NCBI RefSeq assembly: GCF_964355755.1
Contig: NC_092678.1
Coordinates: forward strand, 12,770,352 to 12,834,351
Length of the DNA: 64,000 nucleotides
Direction: 5' to 3'
DNA from: Antedon mediterranea
Lineage: Eukaryota; Animalia; Echinodermata
The translations under genes and the position numbers were made by a program. Positions 25,878-38,100 of the stretch are shown here, piece by piece (positions within the stretch are counted from its first letter, which is position 1; each line of letters opens with the position of its first letter). The notes below the pieces were generated by a model that saw only the letters and a program-made list of their open reading frames with translations, did no database searches and had not been told where the DNA came from.

Positions 25878-25983
25878 GCATGATGGGAAGGGTTTGGGAG
25901 AAAACGTCACAACGCGTACGTACGTGATTTGTTGTTTGTACGTACGCGTTGAGACGTTTGCTCCCAAACCCTTCCCATCATGC
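25878..25983. repeat. Near-perfect 106 bp hairpin
   Basis: gcatgatgggaagggtttgggag...cgtacgtac / gtacgtacg...ctcccaaacccttcccatcatgc; arms of about 46 bp. Confidence 0.9.
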
Positions 25984-26089
25984 ATTGTAAAATGACATTC
26001 CTTGCGATTTCAAGCTATTTGCGATAAACCTTTGCAATAAATCCAAGATTAAAGCGCACACGGTGTTCCATACAAATGACGATATGATA

Positions 26090-26600
26090 TTAAACTGGCG
26101 GCCGCTTTGGTTGGCGGCCGCTTCGACCATACTCCGGCATTGCCAAGTAGGGTAGGCCTAGCTATTTTTAGGGCCTAGCGGCCCCTAGGCTATGCCCTGG
26201 GCCTAGGCCTAGCTAGGAATACGATTAGAGTTTGAAAACAAAATATAATTTACTTTTACACCAGTTCTGTTCACCAACATCTAAGAGTTTTCACACGAAA
26301 ATCCAAATTATTGCTGTAGGCTAGGCCCTATTATAACAAGTAACCAAAAGTAAGTCAAATTCGATCCGTTCTCTCTCCTCCTCCTCCTCCGATCCGGCCC
26401 GATCCTCCTCGCTCTCGCGCAACACATCGGTTATAAATAAATAGTTTGTTTTGGTTTATAATAGAGAGGGCAGTATCATAAGTTTACCAATCTTCAGATT
26501 AAAACCAATCAAAAGCAATCCAGCTTTCCATGTGATGTGCCACACTGCCATAGATAGTAAACTTATTATTATATAAAAGTTGTTATTTTATTGTGTCATG
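26090..26600. promoter_or_regulatory. Candidate promoter / first-exon region between the two plexin-like genes
   Basis: Locally CpG-rich, with a TAGGCCTA-rich tract, a (cct)n tract, two CCAAT boxes (about 26487 and 26505) and a CTCF-like agagggcag (about 26465). Both genes need an upstream non-coding exon. Confidence 0.35.
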
Positions 26601-28078
26601 TGATTCATATATTCTTTTCTTTCGCATCTTTCTTTTTTTCTCCTCATTTTAACACTATAGCTTTAAAAATGTTTCATTTTCAACTCCACAATTGTTCATT
26701 ACTCAATAAGTTCTTGGAAGTGTTAGAAATTAAATAGTGCACAACCTGTCTTGCTTTCTACTGTTGGAAAACGGAACTTTTAGAATGAAAATGTTTATCC
26801 ATTTAATGATGTTTTATAGCGAATCCACACATAATTGCTACATATTAATAATTTTGTTATAAGGAAGTAATCTATTTTGGTTTATAATGGTAAATTCGGT
26901 TGGTCTTGCTCCAATGAGTTTATAAAAAAGGATTTATAATAATCAACAAAGCGTATTGACATTTTATTTCAATCCCTATGAACTTCAGCTGACGTGTTTG
27001 TTTACATTTGACGTAATACGTCGTTTGCTGTCTCAATTGTGAGTATGCTTCCTCCATTTTGTATTATATTATTGTCTTGTATCTTTGTAATATCACTACC
27101 ATATTTGGGCACATCACACGATTTTTGCCAAACTAGTTTGATAGTGTAACCAGAGCTTAGAGCAAAAATATCGTGCCAATACAACGATGTTATTGTTCTT
27201 TGATCATTTTGATCATTTTATAGTACATAAATGGTTATAGTTCTAGAATGAAATCAATTTCGCTTGTTTATTCATCAAGAAAATGTATGTTTATTTATTT
27301 GAGATCGTTATCATCCTATATTTTCAACATAATTATGCTCATCAGATGAACAGGGAAACTTCAAACTAGTAATATATTCATAGACAAATTAAGTAAATTA
27401 TGACCTTATTGAAGTGTTACAATATCCAATACAAATACGTTTGATATGTCAAATTGGTAGCCAGTCATCCTGCCTAGTGATGAAAAGTTTGACAGTACTA
27501 CAAAAACAATATGATACATTGGCCAGTTTAAATCAAGCAATATTATATTTTGTCACATTCTCGACGCTATATACACAGGGAAAGCGAACACAAATGTGAG
27601 GTTATTATTGCTAGTAAACAACGACAGTAGTATATTTTGTGATTATATTTTGTAGTGTAGTACCAACATGACTTATTCAACAATTTGTTTTCTATTGTAT
27701 GCTCTATAATGATTTTATAAGGAAATGCCCAACATCTGCCCACAACCTACATCATCAATTTAAACCGAGCCAAAATAACAATCACAATCCATGATACAAC
27801 AGGAGATTTCTACATTGTACAATCTACACTGTTTTTGACTGTTAGGGCTTTTGTACTTCATTGACGAAAAAAATGAAATGATAAACTTACAGCAAACATT
27901 TGGTAATATTATGCCATGCTCTTTGATATCCAAAAACGAATTACAGGCTTTAACATTATTAGCACATTAGCTAAAATAGGCATAAAGATTAATTGTATTT
28001 ATTCTCATATTCTGTATTTTACAGTTGTTTTAAAAAATTTTCTTTCATAAGGTAATGACGTTCTTTCACATTTAAATA

Positions 28079-29113
28079 ATGGGTTTGTCAACATTGTTAA
28101 TCTTTTCTGCATTTCTGCTATATTCTTCAATATTTCTGCTAAGCACCCAAGCATTCGACAATGATGTGTTACTTGAATTTAAACCTCATGAAAATGAAGG
28201 TCTGTACCATGTCAAAATCCATAGTACAACAGGAGACATCTACATAGGAGCTTACAACTCATTGTACAGACTGTCAGGAGATTTCAACATCATTGCTAAT
28301 ATTTCAACATGTTCATCAGATGATTGTGATAACATTAATAAAATATTAGAAATTGATTATGATCATGATAGATTGATTGTATGTGGAGTAGGAAACAATG
28401 GAAGATGTGAAGGAAGATCTCCTGTGGATTTAGTAACATTATACGAAAGTGATGTAGACAAGGAAATAGTGAGTGAACTGTCAGCAGTTGGAATCATTGC
28501 ACCTGGTGTGTTAGGTGATGGCACTAGAGATGGAAATGTTTTATATGTCTCTTCTGGGCATACATCATTAAATCCAGTAGAGTATTCTTACAGGTACATT
28601 AATGCTAGAAGAGGTCTTGATACTGATGTACTATTTGGACTCACCAGCCTTGCTTTTAATGCTATCACACCATCTTACAATAAACCCATACAATTTAAAA
28701 CAGTTTTTAATTACGGTGGATATACTTACTTTGTTGCATTTAGACCCAATGATACTTATTACTTTCATTCACGACTGAGTCGTGTTTGTCAAGACAACTC
28801 ATTCGTCACATTTTCTGAGATCTACATTCGTTGTGTTGTTAACAATGTTGATTATAACTTGGTACAAGACATGTATGTCAGCCCTGTAGGCACTGAGTTG
28901 GGCACCTCACTAGGCCTACAAGCTGGAGATAATGTCCTGTATGGAGTGTTTGCTAAAGGTGATGGAAGTGGAGTTGCAACTGGACAATCTGCAATGTGTA
29001 TTTACAAGTGGAATGATATAGAAGATGCATTCTTCAAGGCCTTAAATGGATGTATAGCTGCTAATAATGATATCCATACTCTAGACTATGCAGATGATGC
29101 TGATTGTCCACAA
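28079..29113 (+). CDS. First coding exon of the + strand plexin-like gene: signal peptide and most of the Sema domain
   Basis: 345 codons with a hydrophobic N-terminus and the motifs NKILEID, LIVCG, SRLSRVC, YNLVQ, LYGVF, SAMCIY. Acceptor AG at 28050-28051 upstream of the ATG; donor GT at 29114. Confidence 0.92.
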
Positions 29114-32100
29114 GTATGATATTATTTTCAAACTTACATTATTTAGTCTTGTTACTTATTGGTGTGGTTTACGCTTGTTTGACCATACTTGTCCAATCTT
29201 CCTTATTTGTAGATAGATGTTACTAAGTCATATGACAATACTATAGAATATATTAGAACCACTCATTCTGATTTGCTTTCAATAATAAGATATGTGAAAA
29301 AGGTGATTTATTATAATTTTAATTTATAGTTTATGAATTTAATTTAATAATATACTGTAATATGTTTTTCTTTTGATAAGTTTTTCAGTTTTACTTCTGA
29401 TGATATTCAGTCAATGATGTGTCCACCAAATGATGGTAGGCAACTATACAGACGTTATTCACAAGGTACCTACACAGAAGCAGCAGTATCAGAGGCATTG
29501 CTAACAGTTAATGATAAAATACTAACATCAGTTACTACAGCAATTGAAGAGAATCGAACAATATCATTTATAGGCACAGATAATGGAAAAGTTATTAAGG
29601 TTAGTAGGCCTATACGACTACTATTACAAATGTTTTTTAACTACTCAGTTCGCAATTCAGTTTATACTGCCATGAATTGTTTTATGTATATACTTGATGA
29701 ATAAAAGATACCGAAATATATTGTTTAATTTGAAATTCTGAAAATTGATTATAAAGGTACAGAGACACAGATATTTAATCAACACTTTTTATTTTAATAT
29801 AAAAAGTCTTCACTAAAGAAATGCAAAAGCCACGTAAACAAATAATTGATCATCTTTTTAAACACACTTGGGGAAAACAAAGAAAAAAATGAAATATGAT
29901 TGTTATTTTTGTGTATCAATATTGTCCTTGTCGACTTACTTTATACAAATAAAAATGAAAGAAAACAAAATTGGTGGGATGTTCGAAGGGGATGATCAAC
30001 ATTCTTTACATGGCCTACTTAGGACTAGCTCTTACCATTCCTAAAATAAAGTTTGAATGAACTAGGTCCTTAGTATTGTTAAATAAGTTGTTTTCTTCCA
30101 ATTTTGTTTGTCAGATTGAGTTAACCAACAAAACATCATCTAGAGTGTATGAAACTATCACATTAGATACAGGTCAAGAGGTCAGATCAGACACATTTAT
30201 AGATATAAAATCTAATTATATAATAGCACTCACAGAAAAAAAGGTCAGTTTATTCTAATTTTATGGTATGCTTATCCTAATTTATTTTTTTAATTTGATT
30301 TTTTTTTAATAGTTTTCCTGTACATCCTCATAATTATGTATTCGTTTTATTTCATTTAGGCCTATTTCGCTATTTTTTATAATTACAAAAAATAAAACAA
30401 TAAAAGAAAACAAGAAGAAAATGTTTCCCGACCATTCACAAAGGCCGGTAGAATTAAAAAAAAAAAAAAGCAGTAAAACATCTTGTCTAAGCTAAGATGT
30501 ATAAATGCACGATTTTTCATTATTTTCATTATTTCATGCCATTCAAAAAATTTACCAAAATGTGCCTTTACGTAAATTAATAATATAGATTACTGTTTTT
30601 ATACTTTTGGTTAGTTGGTCAAGCTACAAGTTGCAAACTGCAGTTGGTTTATCACATGTGATGAGTGTATCAGACCAGGTAAACTAGATGCAGATCCTTA
30701 TTGTGGATGGTGTACACTACACAAAAAGTATGTAAAATGTTTAATCATTTATTGCGTTTTTTTTGGCTCATTTATTTACAGTTTAAATGCAGCTATATTA
30801 TTTATTTACATTATTATTTATTATTTAAAAATTCACCTATCCCTACAATAATTAATATGCTAAACAATAGTTCATAGGGCCAAAGCGACAGAGTGATATT
30901 GTACCTTTTATTTCATTTTTATTAAATCCTTTCTATTGTTATGTAAGTGAAGATTACAGTAATTTTGTAAATGCAACGTTTTTAGCCTTGCGGCTACTTG
31001 TTGTAAGTTGTATACCCAAATAAATAAAAATAAATAAATAAATTTACTCTCTTTCTATCAAAGTACTGTATACAAACGTTTTTTAATCTAAAGAAAAAAC
31101 AAATTCAAACGGAAACGTTTGCACCACATTTCATTTTTGTTTGTTTTTAGATGTACTAGATTTAAAGATTGTCAACATACTTCTTGGTTGCCCAGCAACA
31201 GTGCACAATGCATAGAGATTGAAAGTTTAGATCCGCCGTTTATTCCTCGAAATTCTGAAAATGTCAGAGTGAGTAAAGTAGTTTACATCAGTTTTCTAAG
31301 CTTTTAATTAAAAAAAGAGAAAGAAATTCATGTTTTTATTAGCTAGCCTAAAACGTGTGAGCACTATATTACGCACTACGACTACGGCCACAATAACTTA
31401 AATTCTCATTGATGTACATTTCAGTGCAACCGTAGCCTATTGTATTTTAAAAAGTAAATTACAGAATATATTCAGTTTTACTTAATATACAGTATATGTA
31501 TGTAGTTTATGCAAATCCAATTAAATAGATATGTAATTTTTGTATTAATAGATTTTATTAACTGTTCAGCAACTTCCTCCTTTAAACATCAACCAAAATT
31601 ATAATTGTAAATTTGGTGACTTTCAATCATCTGCAATAAAAGATGGAGAAACATTGACTTGTAATTCACCGCCTTCATCACATGTGCCTCAAATACCAAC
31701 CAGCCAAGGTGGGTTTAATTTTCTATTTATTTAGCTCCGGTAATAGATCGCGTGTGTTTGTTTGTTTGTTTGTTTGTTGAATATACAGATAGATATGTGG
31801 TCAAGGACCATTCCTTTAAATTTTGGGACCATGGTTGCCTTCCTTCATTAGTTTACCTCAGCAGGAGTTAAATTATAACTTGAGATGGCTGGGTAAGATC
31901 CACTTCAAGCTTACAGTGAAGATTCCAAACAGCTAATCTTGGTCTTCGTCATAATGTATTTAAATGAATTTTTGTTTAATACTACATTTTCTGTACAGCT
32001 TTTGTAGATATTATATTATCAGTCTATTCATCCGTAACTGATGTTTATTTTGTTTCAACCGAATTCACATTTTTTGACTGCAGTGTCATTACTACGTAAG

Positions 32101-35100
32101 TATAACGCGTTTTAGTTTTTTTTTGTGCGATTCAAAGGTATTGTTTTACATTATTAGCTGTGATGTTATAAAGATGTTTTTTATGGATTGTCTAAAAATA
32201 CAACATTTGAATCAGTTATTATTCCTGTTCACATGAAAATGAAAACATTGTTTATAGTGTTTTCTACCACGAGGTGGATGGAACCATTTAGTCACAGTAC
32301 CTTATAGTAGTAAATAGTAGTAGGCATACAGTATAGATGCTAGCCTCTATATTACCTAGCCAAAAAAAAAAACGTTTTAAAAAATGGTATTTTAAATACA
32401 GTATGTAAAAAATACATTTTAAAAATACCTTATTCAAATTTAGTCAAAAAAGATAGTTCAAACAAATATATTTGACATAGCATAGCTTTTTTTCTAAATA
32501 AAATGTTAAATTTTTTAAAAAGCAACAAAATAACCAGTTTTATGGTTAAAAAATGTGTTTAAAAAAAATTCATAGAATTATGAAGAAATCTTCAAATATC
32601 TCCTTGCTATGCTGATTTTGTATTATATTTATTCATATCAAGTGATTTTAACAAAAATAATGGCTGGTAATAGTAGTAGGAGAAAATTGGTCAGATCTTT
32701 TGTTGTCTGATAATTTACAAATTTGACCTTTGACTTCAACATTCATTATGATCGATGTTAGTACCAAGTAGGAACCCTGTCCGACAGGGGTAGAGGCTAG
32801 CCTTATGAGTTGAATATTGGAGTTAATATACTATAAAATATGCAAACGTATAGTAATAGTAATTTCTATAATAGTTTGTGTCAATATTGTGAAAATGATT
32901 GATGTATTATGTATGTATATTATTTATTATATTATACAAATCTTCAATAAAGAAGGGATTGGAGTTGTGACAAAATTGACTTAGTATGAGAATAATCAAT
33001 CAATGGAATGCATTGCCATACGATTTTTAATAATGCATTTTCTTTGTTTGAAGTAAGATTGAAGACTCTTATACCATTATTGGCCACGAGATATAACTTG
33101 ATTGTGGAACTCTTATACCCACACAAAATGAGTGTTCAAGTTTCAAGCCCATAGTCACCTATAATAATTAATAGTAAGCCTTTTGTGTCCAAATCAATTG
33201 CAATTAAAGACAATTTGGTTTAAACTTTAGTGTTTTGAGAGAAAATCTAAGAAAATGATTCTACCAGATAACCAGTAAATAGGGAAATGTAATATTTTCC
33301 TTTCTACTTCCATTGTAAACGTTTTCTTATAAAAGTTTGTTCTAGCTAGACAATGCCAGTACGTAGTTTGTAGTTCTATAAACCAATCATGCACAAATAA
33401 TATATAACAACGTTCAACGTTCTGAATTATAAACTTTCTTTCTCTTTTGTGTAACCAAGAATTTAATTGTGTTGCTTTGTTTTCTTATTGAACTTTGTTC
33501 AACAAATTGCCCTACATTTAACCATTTATGATTGTTTGATCACAAAACGTTTTTTTGAAAGTTTATACTTCCACTAAATACTGATCCGTATTATAGTAAC
33601 ATTGTGATCTGTGTTTGGAACGAAAGATAAAGAAGTTAACGGACATTTAATAATCATAATAAGAATATTAATAATGAATGTTAAAACTGCCTATGCCTGG
33701 CAATTTAAATTTAGAAAGATTTACAAAGTTAATTCAATTAATTTGGTTTCCATTTAAATATCCGTCATTTATATATTTTTGTGCTGTAGTTGTTCTGAAT
33801 GTGTTACAAACTTTACTTGTTCTTGGTGTGTCTATGACAACAAATGTACCCATAATGCATCAACATTGTGCACATCAGACGACACAATAATTTTGAATGG
33901 AAACGTAAGTAAATATTTTTTTGAGGACTTTATAATAAAATGGAAGCTGAACTTGTATTGCTGAAATAAGCACTTTCGAAACAACATTGTTAAGCTAATG
34001 AAGGGGAATTGTTGCTCAGTTTACAGTATGACAGTTATGTAAATCATATTTTAAGAAAAGAACCAGAACATGCATCGTATCCTTACTTTACTCTTAAGCA
34101 AATGGAACATTATGTGCCAGATAAAATACTGTAAGATGTGGAGAATTGCAGGTTGTGGTGTACAGTTATAGTTTCACAAGTTTCTCATAGATCTTCTACT
34201 GTTATCAGTGTGAAGATACAGAAAATAATTTCGTTATTATTGCATTCAGAATGTTGTTCAGAATTGTTATAGGCCTAATATCACTATTGTTTAAATATCT
34301 AGGCTGTAACGTCACCACCAAATGGTTTTCAAGGTCAAGGATCATGTCCACAAATTCATCAACCAAATGAGGAACTTATTCATGCTAATATACAGAAAGA
34401 AATCATTATACCAATTAAGAATTTACCAAATACACCAAAGGTAAACTTTTAAAGTTGATAATTCATACTGGAATAAACTGTAATATTTTTGAAAAGGAAA
34501 CCTTGTTATTGTCCACAATGTTTAAACTCTGAGTTTTACAACAGTCATGGTAAGACTTGCACATGTATGATTTCAACTGACCAATAATGCTCGATTTCAA
34601 TCTACAAGGTTTCAGGAATTAATTCTTAAAGAATTTTGTGAGGTTATAAATTAGGCAGGGCAATTCAATTTAAAATCTTCATCAATTGTAATTGTAAACC
34701 CGTAACATATTACCTACCTATAATTAGAGGTTATTTGTCTCTGTTTATTGTAGGTAAACAGCTATGAATGTGAGTTGGAAATTGAAGCACAAACTGTCAG
34801 GATTCCAGCATCAGTTGATGAATCAAACTCAAATATCACCTGTTCACAATACACTGTAAGTATAGTAGCAACCAAGATATTTGAACAGATGGATTAAATA
34901 TACACCGTATATTAAATAGCATTTAGTTACATTTTCAAATGAATAATGAAACAAAGATATTACATTAATATTGACACATTGTAGTACAACAATGGACCTA
35001 TATGTCCATGGTACTTCTTACCAAGTACATACACGTGTTACAAAACCTCTTGTTATAGAGTGCTTGATAATTAATCTCAATAGCAAAAGATATACAAAGA

Positions 35101-38100
35101 GTTATTATAACTATATGTAATTAAATTTATGTTTGCTGATTTTGTTAGAAGTGGTTTATAAAGTTTTTGTTTATTAATTTTCTATTCATAAATTTACTCT
35201 GTGATAATTATTTATTCAACTTAGGCCTAAATCTATTTTAAAAATCCACAACAAAAGTTGATAGGGATATTATTTTAAAATGAATGGATGTATCTTCCTT
35301 GTTACTTAATAATGATTGATTTACTACCAAAACCAAGTTGATTCATATCCACGTCACTAGAATTTTCAATTCAACAACTCCATTTCCAGAAAATTTTTGT
35401 TTTAGGAAGTTTATGTGGTACAATCCTCCTGTAAATGTCACATGATAATGAATAAATCTCATCTTGAAATTATGCCAAATGTTATTTGATATTCAAGTGT
35501 ACTTTTAATGGCTTTTTGGAAACATTTCTTTCTTTCTAGTATGACTACACCACTGATGACAAAAAGGAAGTAAATGCATATATTAAAGTATTTTGGAATG
35601 GGAATGTAATTGACAATGCTTATCAAGGTTGGTTTCACCTGATTGTTTACATTGATAAATATCATTAAATCAATTATTTACTTGGTAAATACATTTTGTT
35701 ATCATATTCACATATCTACCAAAAAAAAATAAAAACAACAAATCATCTATAAACAGAAAAAACTATTCTTAGGGCAATTACCTCTAACAAAAGTCCTATT
35801 TTTATATTTACTGCGCATAAATGAAATAAATTTTGTGCTAGTTGATTCAGTGTGGTGCATGGTCGACAAAAAAAAAGATTACCCAAAATGCTCAGGACAT
35901 GGTCAAGCTTTCCAATATGCTACTGTAGTTGACCCAATTAAATTATATGTATATAATTCTTTACGTTGAACCATGAATACGTACATGTGCGACGTTTCGA
36001 CTGTTTCCAACAAGTCTTCACCTTGCAATGACTAGATGTTAGTGGTTGCTAGGAGTATTTTGCTTGTTGTAGAAGTTTAAGTTTGTAGGTTTGAAAAATG
36101 TTTCCAATGTTGTGAGTGTATAATGTTCTGTTAATATTTTCTGATAGACCTTTGATGTAAGGAAGTACAATATATCCTAATTTTTCACTAGGATGTGTCT
36201 TGCGTTTTCTTAGTTGATTTTACCTTCTATTGTTGTTTTACCTTATCGACTGTCCAACTAGGGTATCCACAGTTCTTCATTTCTTCTCCTCTTTTTTCGA
36301 CCTTTGATACTATATGTTACATCTATGCATAAGAGTTACGCTTAGTTTATGTTTGGAACAATTCAAAATGTCGCACACGTTCGTATTCATAGTTTAACGT
36401 AACGAATTATATACAGATAGAACACATGAAAACATTTTTTTTTTAAATTTGGGATAATTTATTCAAACAGTTATTAATCATGGTTATTCTTTGGCAGCAG
36501 AAGCAAGTCATTTTAGCCATAATTGTCCTAGAAAGGTAGTTGTTAGATTTATATTTGGTGATATTTGTTCAGGAAGTAATTTTTAAAAACCCAAAGAATA
36601 TTATACACTTTTTATCAGCTTAAAAACAGTCAACTGAAAATCTTTAAGCCCGCCCAAACTGTCATATTCTTGAAAGTCTGGTTTCCCAAATAAATTTGAC
36701 ACAGAGTTTTAGTTACGTTTAAATAAACATGTATTCACCCCTTTAATTTAACTTTATTTCAGACAAACTGTCCACATGAAACATACAGGCCTAAATACAA
36801 TAAAAAAGATTAAACCTTTTATCTGGTTATAGTAGGTTTCCGGTTTAGAGACTGTAGTTTCAGCTGACAGACAATTAAGTGTTTTTAACATAGTATATTG
36901 TTCTTTAATGAACATAAAATGGTTGTTTTAAACAGGAATGTTAACAACAATTTACTTTACTAAGTATTGACTCAACACCACATTGTTCAAACAACAGGAT
37001 GATATAATCTTTAAATTACAGTCAATTTGTTTGTATACTATAAACAGGCCCGTAGCCAGAATGCATCAGAGGGGGGTTTTCTTGACACCAAGTATTTTGC
37101 GAGCGCAGCGAGCAACTGTAGGCTGGGGGCCAGGGGGCCGCCAAGGGCCCCCGGTGGGGTCCAGGGGGCGAAGGCCCCTGGAAGCTTTGGCTCTCAGAGC
37201 AATTTCGGTTGTTTTAATAAGCTTACAGAGACATTTTTTACCTACTAAAATCTGAGTTATGCAGAGGAATTATATACAGTAGTACAGTATTATGGAAGTT
37301 AGTACAGTAGTACTGATCATGAAATACAGCTTTATTGTTGCAAAAAAGTATATTATATTAGGCCCTTAAATAATTTCTTATCCTATAAACATAAAAAACA
37401 AATAGTACCGTATATTTCGGTGTACAAGTCGCACCTGTGTATAAGACGCACCCATAACGGAGACTGAAATATTAGTATTTTGTATGTAGTCGATGCATAA
37501 GACGCACTTATTTCTAGGCCGAAATTTAAACATTTTACAATCAAAACAATGGTATTTTAATAATAAAACAACGATATTTGAGACATATTTATTAGAATCA
37601 AATGATATAATTTTGTTTGATTGCCTTTATTACATCGTAATCAGTCTCTACTTCAACTGAACGTTCAATGAAAAGGGAAATCCCCATATTGTTTCAGTTA
37701 CGATGCACTGTGTGGGAGGGCTAGCCTATGTCTATTTAAGTAATTTTAATTTCATATTACTTAAATATATACCTTCTTATTGTGTGTATGACCATTATAA
37801 AATAAATCCAAATGATGTTCAGTTTTTTGGGCTGATAATGAACCAGGAATATCATGTTGGGTAGGCCTATATGAAAATCTTTCCTATTTCCATGCATGCA
37901 TTACATGAGGAGAGGAGAGCACTAACCATGTGCTCCTTGCATGCCTGGTGTCCAGCACTGTTGGCCATATACACTATGAGATTAGGGGAAGCTACTTAAC
38001 ACAATAACAACACACTCTTTTAGATATCGCTTGACATACAAACTATTGCCTACATGATTATAAAATTATGTGATTGTTGACATAGAGATGTAATAAAAAT

